From IMG/VR virus record IMGVR_UViG_3300045988_148153, positions 1 to 64,000 of that record: a stretch of DNA of 64,000 nucleotides. One strand, written 5' to 3'. The position numbers and the translations under genes are program-made. The stretch's first letter is position 1; every line of letters starts with the position of its first letter. The DNA comes from a virus. Positions 8,488 to 15,915 of the stretch are shown here, in pieces. The notes below the pieces were generated by a model. That model ran no database searches. It was given only the letters and a program-made list of their open reading frames with translations, and was not told the origin of the DNA.

Positions 8488-9220
8488 AGTATATAACTGT
8501 GATAGAATGGATTTTCTATCTAAGTTTCCAGATAAGTTTTTTGATTTGATAATAGATGACCCACCCTATGGAATTGGAGCGGATAATCCTTCTGCCAAGC
8601 CTAATACTGTAAAACAAAGGAATGGCAGTATATTGTCTGTTAAACAATCTGTCTATCCTAAATCCGATTGGGATTCACGAGTTCCGCCACCAGAGTATTT
8701 CGATGAAGTAAAAAGGGTTAGTAAAAATCAGATAATATGGGGAGTAAACTACTTTAATTATGATTTTACTGGTGGGCGCATTGTTTGGGATAAGCTAAAC
8801 GGAAAGTCCGATCAATATGATTGTGAAATAGCTTACTGCAGTATAAATAACAGAACAGACCTTGTATATTGCATGTGGAGAGGAATGATTCAAGGCTCTT
8901 ATTGCGGTAAGGATTTATCTAAGGCAATCATCCAGCAAGGAAATAAAAATCTGAATGAAAAACGCATTCATCCATGTCAAAAACCGATAATCTTATACGC
9001 ATGGTTACTCAAGCAATATTCCCAATCCGGATACAAGATTGGAAGTCCTCATATGGGCAGTCAGAGCGATAGGATTGCTGCCTATAAACTTGGGTTTGAT
9101 TTCTGGGGATGCGATAAAGACAAACACTACTTTGAAGCGGGTAACATTCGTTTTCGTCAAGAGTGTTTCGGTGAGACAAAAACCGGGAAAGGAACTTTGG
9201 TGCAGACAAGTTTATTTTGA
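8474..9220 (+). CDS. DNA N6-adenine/N4-cytosine methyltransferase (beta class)
   Basis: DLIIDDPPYG near the N-terminus, HPCQKP and a degenerate FxGSxS motif I near the C-terminus. Confidence 0.75.
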   Translation: MPISEVYNCDRMDFLSKFPDKFFDLIIDDPPYGIGADNPSAKPNTVKQRNGSILSVKQSVYPKSDWDSRVPPPEYFDEVKRVSKNQIIWGVNYFNYDFTGGRIVWDKLNGKSDQYDCEIAYCSINNRTDLVYCMWRGMIQGSYCGKDLSKAIIQQGNKNLNEKRIHPCQKPIILYAWLLKQYSQSGYKIGSPHMGSQSDRIAAYKLGFDFWGCDKDKHYFEAGNIRFRQECFGETKTGKGTLVQTSLF

Positions 9221-9234
9221 AAAGCAAAATTAGT

Positions 9235-9351
9235 ATGATACAAAGTATTGGCGCATTTAAGTACTGGCTCCGGATACACGGCTATCGCTTGGAGTGGTTC
9301 GGTACTGGAACAAAAAATAATCCGATAAAGGTTAAATCAAAAAGAAAGTAA
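9235..9351 (+). CDS. small hypothetical protein (38 aa)
   Basis: Fills the 9221-9352 gap. The stop lies 1 nt before the next ATG. Confidence 0.25.
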   Translation: MIQSIGAFKYWLRIHGYRLEWFGTGTKNNPIKVKSKRK

Positions 9352-9352
9352 T

Positions 9353-9664
9353 ATGAAACAGACAGTAGAAGAAGCAGCAAAGACTTTCAGCAATCATTTA
9401 ACTGTAAGTAATGTAGTTAAAAACTTAACGGAATTAGCTTTCAAAGCTGGTGCAGAATGGCAGGCAAAGCAATCTCCGTGGATAAGCGTTAAGGAACGGT
9501 TGCCGGAAAAGGATGGGTATTACCTTGTTACTGACGGGGTTAATATTGTTATAGCTTATTTCTTTAAATGCTGGGATAGGTTTGCAAAATATGAGAGCTA
9601 TCCGCATCCATTTTATGAAGAAGGGGTAATAAAGGCTTATATGCCCATCCCCTCTTTCGACTAA
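9353..9664 (+). CDS. DUF551-like protein
   Basis: WISVKERLPEKDGYYLV matches the DUF551 W-I-S-V-x-D/E-x-L-P signature. Confidence 0.65.
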   Translation: MKQTVEEAAKTFSNHLTVSNVVKNLTELAFKAGAEWQAKQSPWISVKERLPEKDGYYLVTDGVNIVIAYFFKCWDRFAKYESYPHPFYEEGVIKAYMPIPSFD

Positions 9665-9720
9665 ATCCTCGAAGCCAATAAAAATGTGTTACAGCGATTA
9701 AAAGAGAAAGGAGATTAATT

Positions 9721-9891
9721 ATGGAGCGGGAAAATGATTTTAAGATAAAGAATATTCTTGATTCTTTAGAAGAAAAGGTCGATAATGGTAAGATGACAAT
9801 CAGGGAAGCGGCAATTGAATTGTATAAAGCTGGTTGGACTAACTTTATAGATGTCGACGCTACTAAGGTGTTGCTAAAATTAGGGGAATAG
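9721..9891 (+). CDS. small hypothetical protein (56 aa)
   Basis: ATG 9721, TAG 9889-9891, 2 nt before the next start. The overlapping 123-aa antisense ORF is judged spurious. Confidence 0.4.
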   Translation: MERENDFKIKNILDSLEEKVDNGKMTIREAAIELYKAGWTNFIDVDATKVLLKLGE

Positions 9892-9893
9892 CT

Positions 9894-10151
9894 ATGGAAG
9901 TAAAAAACGGAATAATAATTAATGGTGAGCTTCACGAGGCAATTGGAACAAGTGTTTCAAATATCTCCTGCCGTGCTTGCTCTTTGTATAATAGATGTGC
10001 AGAAACAAACTACTCAATATGTTTTGCCGATTTATTTAGATGTAGTGGTTTTGTCAATCGCGGTAAGGCAACTGTTAGATTTTCTCGTGAGACGCCCGAA
10101 AATACTGGGAGTATTTATCGTAATGGAGTAAAGATAGAAAAGGAGAAGTAA
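9894..10151 (+). CDS. hypothetical Cys-containing protein
   Basis: 85-aa ORF in operon context. Confidence 0.45.
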   Translation: MEVKNGIIINGELHEAIGTSVSNISCRACSLYNRCAETNYSICFADLFRCSGFVNRGKATVRFSRETPENTGSIYRNGVKIEKEK

Positions 10152-10153
10152 CC

Positions 10154-10528
10154 ATGACCGAAGAATTTATAATATTTGAAACGGCAAAGCTATTGAAAGA
10201 AAAGGGCTTTGATTGGAAGTGTGAACGTACGATAGATTGCAATGAAATTATTAGAAAATACGACTATCCGCAAAGTATGTCATGCTGTACAGAAATAAAT
10301 GGCGAATTAGTTGAATTTTTGTGTCCAACATTATATGTAGTCCGAAAGTGGCTACGTGAAACCAAGAAGCTACACGTTGAAGTATCCTATATGCATGGGG
10401 ATTATTGGATATACGATATACTAACAATACCGAACCATGATTTAGTGGGATTATCCGACAGGCCTTTAGTGCATTATAAAAGCTATGAGGAAGCACTGGA
10501 AGCCGGCATGCAGGGTTCCATGACTTAG
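10154..10528 (+). CDS. hypothetical protein
   Basis: 124-aa ORF in operon context. Confidence 0.5.
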   Translation: MTEEFIIFETAKLLKEKGFDWKCERTIDCNEIIRKYDYPQSMSCCTEINGELVEFLCPTLYVVRKWLRETKKLHVEVSYMHGDYWIYDILTIPNHDLVGLSDRPLVHYKSYEEALEAGMQGSMT

Positions 10529-10588
10529 GAGCCCAATTAGTCGATTACATAAAGGAACATTGAACATGAAAAGCAATAAGGATGGATT

Positions 10589-10978
10589 ATGAAACGTGAA
10601 ATAAAATTCAGAGGGAAAAGTACCAACAATGGCAAATGGGTATATGCCGAACTGCACGCACTTGGCATGGATTTGTTTAATGAGTGCGTAAACGAAGATA
10701 CTATCGGGCAGTTCACGGGATTACGAGATAAGAACGGAACGGAAATTTATGAAGGGGATATTGTCCGTATGAGTTATGTTGCTGAAATTTGTACCGATGA
10801 TGACTGCTATGAAGAAGAAGGCAAATATGTTGGAGTTGCTGCGATAACTGCAAACAAAGGTGTCTGTCTTAATCCTTGTGTAAAAAATGGGCTCTACAAT
10901 ACCAAGTATAAACCGTTGTCCGCTTATAGGAGTGAGGTGATAGGTAATATTTACGATAACCCTGATTTGATAAAATAG
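10589..10978 (+). CDS. YopX family protein
   Basis: IKFRGK ... GKWVY ... IGQFTGLRDKNGTEIYEGDIV is the YopX hallmark. Confidence 0.8.
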   Translation: MKREIKFRGKSTNNGKWVYAELHALGMDLFNECVNEDTIGQFTGLRDKNGTEIYEGDIVRMSYVAEICTDDDCYEEEGKYVGVAAITANKGVCLNPCVKNGLYNTKYKPLSAYRSEVIGNIYDNPDLIK

Positions 10979-10986
10979 TAAAAGTA

Positions 10987-11457
10987 ATGAAAAGAATACC
11001 ATATAACACTTCTGATTCTGACATTTTTCCCCGTATTGCCAAAGTTGCCAAGAATGGCACTTTTGATGGAATGGAAATGACAGACTATTTTGAAAATTGC
11101 CGTTGGTTTGTAGAAAGGTACGATTGTATTATAATCTTAACCCGTGATGTTGGGTATCATTCTTCCGGTTGGTGGAAGAACCCGGATTATGAGCGGTGCT
11201 ATCATTTATCCATTTCCTTTCCCAGTGGATTAAACCGCAAAAAGTTGGAATATATTTTGGAAAAGTTCTTTGGTAATAATCGCCGTTTATTGTGGTGTGA
11301 AGCTCCATACAGTGAACAGGGAAAACGGAATGAAGTATATCATTACCGCTTGTTTTGTGATAAAAATTGGCAACCAATAATGCCACGTGGAGAAGTCTAT
11401 TCCAAACAGTTTACTGAATTGGGATGGAAATCATTTTCCGAATTACATAACCGATAA
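10987..11457 (+). CDS. hypothetical protein
   Basis: 156-aa ORF in operon context. Confidence 0.5.
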   Translation: MKRIPYNTSDSDIFPRIAKVAKNGTFDGMEMTDYFENCRWFVERYDCIIILTRDVGYHSSGWWKNPDYERCYHLSISFPSGLNRKKLEYILEKFFGNNRRLLWCEAPYSEQGKRNEVYHYRLFCDKNWQPIMPRGEVYSKQFTELGWKSFSELHNR

Positions 11458-11462
11458 TCAAA

Positions 11463-11714
11463 ATGAACAGACTAGAACACATCGCCACAATTGATTACTG
11501 CTACTGGCGATTGGGAAAATTGAATGAGGCTCTTTCCAAGCCTAAATCGACTATGGAGCAGTTGGTTGATAAAGCCTGCGGTTATAATGAAGTAGAAGAA
11601 GTGAAAAAGAAAGCTATACCCCTTTTGGAACAGATTATTGAAAGCAAAAAGGCTATCGGTGCAGATTATTCGGGAGATAGTGAGTTCCTTGATAAATTGA
11701 AAAAGAGGCAATGA
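11463..11714 (+). CDS. hypothetical protein, last gene of the plus-strand early block
   Basis: 83-aa ORF. Confidence 0.5.
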   Translation: MNRLEHIATIDYCYWRLGKLNEALSKPKSTMEQLVDKACGYNEVEEVKKKAIPLLEQIIESKKAIGADYSGDSEFLDKLKKRQ

Positions 11715-11715
11715 A

Positions 11716-11740
11716 TAAAAAGGGATGCCTGTACATCCCC
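11716..11740 (-). terminator. intrinsic terminator (minus strand)
   Basis: Minus strand reads GGGATG-tacagg-CATCCC followed by TTTTT, 12 nt after the stop of the 44-codon ORF. Confidence 0.6.
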
Positions 11741-11751
11741 ACAAAACAGCA

Positions 11752-11886
11752 TTACGCCACTTTCTTACTATCTACCAAGAAAGAAAAGTATTTGGAATGT
11801 TTTGGGTAAATCTGCTTACCGTTCCTTATGATATAGCGACAGAAAATACGAGTTTTGCCGTTTTCATCTTGCGTTTTAACAGTCAT
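11752..11886 (-). CDS. small basic protein (44 aa) behind a structured leader
   Basis: AAAGGAGGTGTATTAT-ATG. Sequence MTVKTQDENGKTRIFCRYIIRNGKQIYPKHSKYFSFLVDSKKVA. Followed by a terminator. Confidence 0.45.
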   Translation of the reverse strand: MTVKTQDENGKTRIFCRYIIRNGKQIYPKHSKYFSFLVDSKKVA

Positions 11887-12078
11887 ATAATACACCTCCT
11901 TTCCGTTTTGCCTACCAACCTGTATTAGCAGGCTTCAAGCTGCACCCTGTAAAGTGCAACTAAAAAAGCCCAAAGCTACAGGACATTGGGCTTAAATGTC
12001 TTTCTCAATGAGAACGGACAAGAAAGGTGACGAATTACAGTTCGTCGGATTGGAGGTGTTATACTCCTGTTAAAACGC
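11871..12078 (-). promoter_or_regulatory. structured leader: 5' segment complementary to the RBS/start region 150 nt downstream
   Basis: 11871-11899 pairs with 12052-12078 as 12 + 4 + 8 bp. Internal hairpins GACGAA/TTCGTC, CTTTCT/AGAAAG and AAGCCCA/TGGGCTT. Confidence 0.6.
11962..11993 (-). terminator. terminator-like hairpin inside the leader
   Basis: Minus strand AAGCCCA-N14-TGGGCTT followed by TTTTTT. Confidence 0.55.
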
Positions 12079-12082
12079 GGTA

Positions 12083-12090
12083 CAAATATA
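12083..12090 (-). promoter_or_regulatory. Bacteroides-type -7 box TATATTTG (minus strand)
   Basis: Plus-strand caaatata is a perfect TAnnTTTG on the minus strand, about 5-10 nt upstream of the leader 5' arm. Confidence 0.5.
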
Positions 12091-12249
12091 AGCTTTAACC
12101 TAATAACGGGTAACTTTATTAACGATTTTAATAGTCAGATTAACACATGAGCAAACTTTATAAATTCACCCTATTCGGGAAGCCAGTCCTAATCGGATGG
12201 TTCTCCCATGCAGATAAATGGTATCATAATTTAGTATAATATATTGAAC

Positions 12250-12447
12250 ATGAAAAACAAAATCATAGCGAGCGTTATAGCAGCACTGTTCCTGCCTATG
12301 CTTATTTCCCTACATTGGGCTGTCACCCGGTTTTTGTCGGTTAGAATTGTATTATCAATCGCAATGATGGTCGCCATAATTGTTGTGACATACAAGCTTT
12401 CCAAACTTTTACTTGACGAATATTCTGAAAAGCGTAAAAGACCATGA
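12250..12447 (+). CDS. small membrane protein
   Basis: Two hydrophobic helices. ATG at 12250 (the ORF track starts at TTG 12244). Confidence 0.45.
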   Translation: MKNKIIASVIAALFLPMLISLHWAVTRFLSVRIVLSIAMMVAIIVVTYKLSKLLLDEYSEKRKRP

Positions 12448-12836
12448 GAAAAGCAGACAGAATAATCAGAGACAGACATTCCCGCATCCCGGACAAATAC
12501 AAGAAGATTGACACTACGGTCAACGGGAATGCGGAAAGCCTTGCCGAACAACACAAGGAAGTGGAAAGAAGGCTGTTTCCTCTACGCCTTAACAAGACTA
12601 CCGTTATCTATGTCACAACAGACAAGCAAAACGAAACATATGCTGCGAAAGCACGTAAACGGATGGGGATAGCAGAGCCTAAGAAAACGTTTGTAGACCC
12701 GCTTTCGGAAGAGAACATTACCAAGTTGTACAAGGAAGAAAACATACCACCCCGCAGAATGGCAGAAATGCTGAATGTAAGTGTAAGAACGATATATCTA
12801 AGGTTGGCTAAGTATGGACTTACAAAAGTGAAATGA
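12444..12836 (+). CDS. DNA-binding protein with C-terminal HTH
   Basis: C-terminus PPRRMAEMLNVSVRTIYLRLAKYGL resembles sigma region 4 or a resolvase-type HTH. Confidence 0.55.
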   Translation: MRKADRIIRDRHSRIPDKYKKIDTTVNGNAESLAEQHKEVERRLFPLRLNKTTVIYVTTDKQNETYAAKARKRMGIAEPKKTFVDPLSEENITKLYKEENIPPRRMAEMLNVSVRTIYLRLAKYGLTKVK

Positions 12837-12988
12837 AGATAGCAAGTTTATAAACACAACGATATAACCCTTGCCAAAACAGCAAGCGGTATTACCCAAT
12901 GGACAGCCCGTTCAAGGCGTTCTAAACGTTCCATTGGATAACCCGGAAAAGGCGGCAATAGTCCATATAAAGGACATTGTCCGCCAAT

Positions 12989-13168
12989 TCAAGCAGTTCG
13001 TCTATGTAATCCCTTTTTCGCATCACGTTCAAGTTTTCTACGTTGTTTACGATTTATGCCGTTTGCTGCGGCGAGACTATTCAGTGTCTCCTTCTGTTCG
13101 GGAGAAAGCATGCTATATACTTCTTCCCGTGATTTGCCTGATAAGATGGCTTGTACTATTTCCCACAT
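12989..13168 (-). CDS. small hypothetical protein (59 aa)
   Basis: ATG embedded in the end of the upstream gene. Basic C-terminus. Confidence 0.3.
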   Translation of the reverse strand: MWEIVQAILSGKSREEVYSMLSPEQKETLNSLAAANGINRKQRRKLERDAKKGLHRRTA

Positions 13169-13452
13169 AAGCTACGTCTGCAATGTTCACACAAAAATTT
13201 CTTTGCTACCGGAAACATCTTCTGCCCCACATACCCACTAAGATACTGTGCCTCTTCCCCGTACGGGTCGATGCCAAATGCACGTGAGATATGCCGGCAT
13301 AGATGCCCCTTTTCATGGTCGAAAGAGTTCTGAAACTCTTCCGGCGAAGAAGTAAGAGCAATAACCATTACGGTCTCTCTGTTCCGGATATTGGAATAGG
13401 TGATGCCTGTGTTCAGATTACATGCGCGCATGTTCTTATAGGCATTCACCAA
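13156..13452 (-). CDS. HExxH-motif protein (putative small metallopeptidase-like)
   Basis: FDHEKGHLCRHI contains HExxH. Plus-strand ORFs over this region look spurious. Confidence 0.45.
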   Translation of the reverse strand: MVNAYKNMRACNLNTGITYSNIRNRETVMVIALTSSPEEFQNSFDHEKGHLCRHISRAFGIDPYGEEAQYLSGYVGQKMFPVAKKFLCEHCRRSLCGK

Positions 13453-13562
13453 ATCATTCGATTGACTGGAATTTCCGTCTCCTGCGAGACGAGATTGATT
13501 GTTTCGGCAAAGATTTCTGATTTACACATAGTTTTTCTGAATTTTATATTTATCTTTGCCCT

Positions 13563-13670
13563 GCCACATAAAATATTTGATTCTATACGAACAAAGCACA
13601 AGATACCGTGTTGAAGATATTTAAGCCTCCAACGTGCGGTATCTTATGCTTTTTCAAATTTTTATGTGGC
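13563..13670. other. ~108-nt long imperfect hairpin
   Basis: GCCACATAAAA (13563-13573) pairs with TTTTATGTGGC (13660-13670). The inner arms 13593-13613 / 13630-13652 pair with a few mismatches. Confidence 0.7.
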
Positions 13671-13688
13671 AATAATTATTTGAACGTT

Positions 13689-13716
13689 GGGGGCTTTCTT
13701 TCCACTCTAAGCCCCC
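13689..13716. terminator. 8-bp GC-rich hairpin after the late operon
   Basis: GGGGGCTT-N12-AAGCCCCC, 47 nt beyond the last minus-strand late gene. No clear U-tract. Confidence 0.4.
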
Positions 13717-13762
13717 GAAAGAGCGCCAGCTTAAGCCGACTTCTACATCGTTAATTTCTTTC

Positions 13763-14236
13763 TTACCATACGAATAGATTATAACTTATTCCTACACCTA
13801 CATACAAACCACCCGGATACCCATACCCAGCCTGCAACCCTAATCCCCAACGCTTCTTCTTCGGTTTGATAGCGACCGGATGATAGATGTCGTTCGTCAC
13901 AGTCTGATAAACCGTCTTCGGATATACAGTCATACTATCCAACCGAGGGTCTACATATCCGCTCACCACCGCACGATACAGACTATCTTCATACACAACC
14001 CGTTTGCGATGAAGCAAGGTATCACCTATCCGTATAGTATCATTCGGCAATATCTGCCAAAAAACGGCTATCGGTGCAGAGATAAGAACCGTATCAAGTT
14101 TGACAACTGTCTGTATCTTCGTCTCGGTACGGATTTCCGTCGATTGCTGTTCGAGAGGACGGAACCAAGCCGCTACACAAGCGATTACCAGCAATACAAC
14201 TAATATCCACGGTAACTTTCTCATATCTTTTTCCAA
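13763..14236 (-). CDS. membrane-anchored protein (lysis/spanin-like or tail accessory)
   Basis: N-terminal TM helix and Gly/Tyr-rich C-terminus WGLGLQAGYGYPGGLYVGVG. Confidence 0.45.
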   Translation of the reverse strand: MEKDMRKLPWILVVLLVIACVAAWFRPLEQQSTEIRTETKIQTVVKLDTVLISAPIAVFWQILPNDTIRIGDTLLHRKRVVYEDSLYRAVVSGYVDPRLDSMTVYPKTVYQTVTNDIYHPVAIKPKKKRWGLGLQAGYGYPGGLYVGVGISYNLFVW

Positions 14237-15609
14237 TTATCCTTTAACCAAGTGATTTCACCTTCGGTAAAGCTGCGGTTGGCGATGATGATTTTGCCAT
14301 GGCAGCCGATATACTCTCCTTTCAACTGTCCACCTATAAGCAATATATCGCCATCTGATGAAGTGCCCACACCAATAATTTTTCCGTTATAAGATTGCTT
14401 TGTCTGGTAAGTTATACCACTCTTACCTATTAAATCATCAATGTTAGTGCTTTTTGAAAATGAAAATGTTTCACTACCTAATGAGGCGTTGATTTTCTCA
14501 AAAACAAATGCACAATTAGGCCAAATATTACCTTTAGTAATAAATACTCGATTGCCCTCATTCTCAAACCACGTCCTATCCGCCATCACCGTGTAATCTT
14601 CCAATATAGGGAAACCGTAGCAGACGGCGTACATAGTGCCGTCGTAGCAGAGCTGGTTGGGGTAGTCAGGGAGTTGAGTAAAGCAAACATTATCTTGACA
14701 AAGGTCATTACAGACAATACCAACTCCAGTATTAGTTTCTACACTATAACTCATTGGCAATTCATAGATGCCGTCTTCATTTATAGCAATATCTACACCT
14801 CTATTCCCATTTTCATCATACCAACGATAAGTAAAATTATCATTAACTATTCCTTTTACTTCTACTTTAAAAGCTGGAATATCACTAAGGCTGGTGAACT
14901 GAAATAACCAACCTGCTGGATGTCCTGCTAATGAACAAATTTTATCATCTTGTCTTTCTGTATATGGTAAATATGCTGAATTAATACGTAAGTCAGAAAG
15001 AAAGTCAAATTTATACACTCCCATTCCGCTATTCAGCTTCCCCTTACCACCATACAAATAGGCGTGGTTGCCGTTGCCGCTAAAATCTTTTAGGATTGAC
15101 GTAGGGAGCTGGGTGATGGTGATATTACATTCACCTACGAAATTGGTATATATGCCATAGCTTTTTAAACCTTCTTCCCATTCAAGTGTATATACACCAT
15201 CCTTATCGGCTTCTAAAATGAGTTCTCCATAATCAAACCCAAACTTAACGTGCTGCCCTTCTTGCAATCCTCTAATTAAAACCTTAAAATCATAGGGCTT
15301 TATAGGAGAATATATAAGCGCGGTTTTTTGTGATACATTTGTAAGGGCTAATGAATTAGAAGTTAGAGAGCCTGTATATTTTTCCGGGGAATTATTCCAT
15401 TTCTTAAAGTCTTCCGTGTATGCTTCAATCACATCATAGTTAGTCATACCTTGCGAAGCAGGGTCATAGATAGCCTTGATTGATTCTTTTAAATCTTTCG
15501 GCCATACAAGGCCACCGCCCGAAGCAGAGGGGAAACCGACAGACGGTATCCCGATAGTAGGCAAGCCGATTACGGGGATAGTGATGTTGGGGATAGTGAT
15601 TGGGTTCAT
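14221..15609 (-). CDS. putative tail fibre/receptor-binding protein
   Basis: 462 aa at the distal end of the tail module, with a proline/glycine-rich N-terminus. Confidence 0.4.
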   Translation of the reverse strand: MNPITIPNITIPVIGLPTIGIPSVGFPSASGGGLVWPKDLKESIKAIYDPASQGMTNYDVIEAYTEDFKKWNNSPEKYTGSLTSNSLALTNVSQKTALIYSPIKPYDFKVLIRGLQEGQHVKFGFDYGELILEADKDGVYTLEWEEGLKSYGIYTNFVGECNITITQLPTSILKDFSGNGNHAYLYGGKGKLNSGMGVYKFDFLSDLRINSAYLPYTERQDDKICSLAGHPAGWLFQFTSLSDIPAFKVEVKGIVNDNFTYRWYDENGNRGVDIAINEDGIYELPMSYSVETNTGVGIVCNDLCQDNVCFTQLPDYPNQLCYDGTMYAVCYGFPILEDYTVMADRTWFENEGNRVFITKGNIWPNCAFVFEKINASLGSETFSFSKSTNIDDLIGKSGITYQTKQSYNGKIIGVGTSSDGDILLIGGQLKGEYIGCHGKIIIANRSFTEGEITWLKDNWKKI

Positions 15610-15612
15610 AGG

Positions 15613-15903
15613 CTATTCCTCTTTAATCATCTTAGCTTCTAATACTTCGGTAGCACTTCTGATTGTAATGTTTATACCATTCGCTATCCCTACGATACGA
15701 AATATTACATTAGGCGCACCGCTATTCTGGGATGCATTGGGGTAAAGAGGAACAGGCTCCAAATCATCGATTCCCGCAAAGGCGGTAACTAAGCCGCCCT
15801 TATTCTTTATCTGTATGGTAACGGGATTGCCGTCGCTGACAAATGTTGCGTAATATGCGTTCTCGTTTTCGTTCTTTTCAAATGATAAAATTTCTGCTGC
15901 CAT
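15613..15903 (-). CDS. hypothetical protein
   Basis: 96-aa ORF in the late operon. Confidence 0.5.
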   Translation of the reverse strand: MAAEILSFEKNENENAYYATFVSDGNPVTIQIKNKGGLVTAFAGIDDLEPVPLYPNASQNSGAPNVIFRIVGIANGINITIRSATEVLEAKMIKEE

Positions 15904-15915
15904 GATGTTTACTTT

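Noticed and set aside
12871-13614. Plus-strand ORFs 12871-13170, 13056-13241, 13151-13333 and 13303-13614
   Set aside because: They overlap one another and the better-supported minus-strand HExxH gene. They start at non-ATG codons or lie across the hairpin region.
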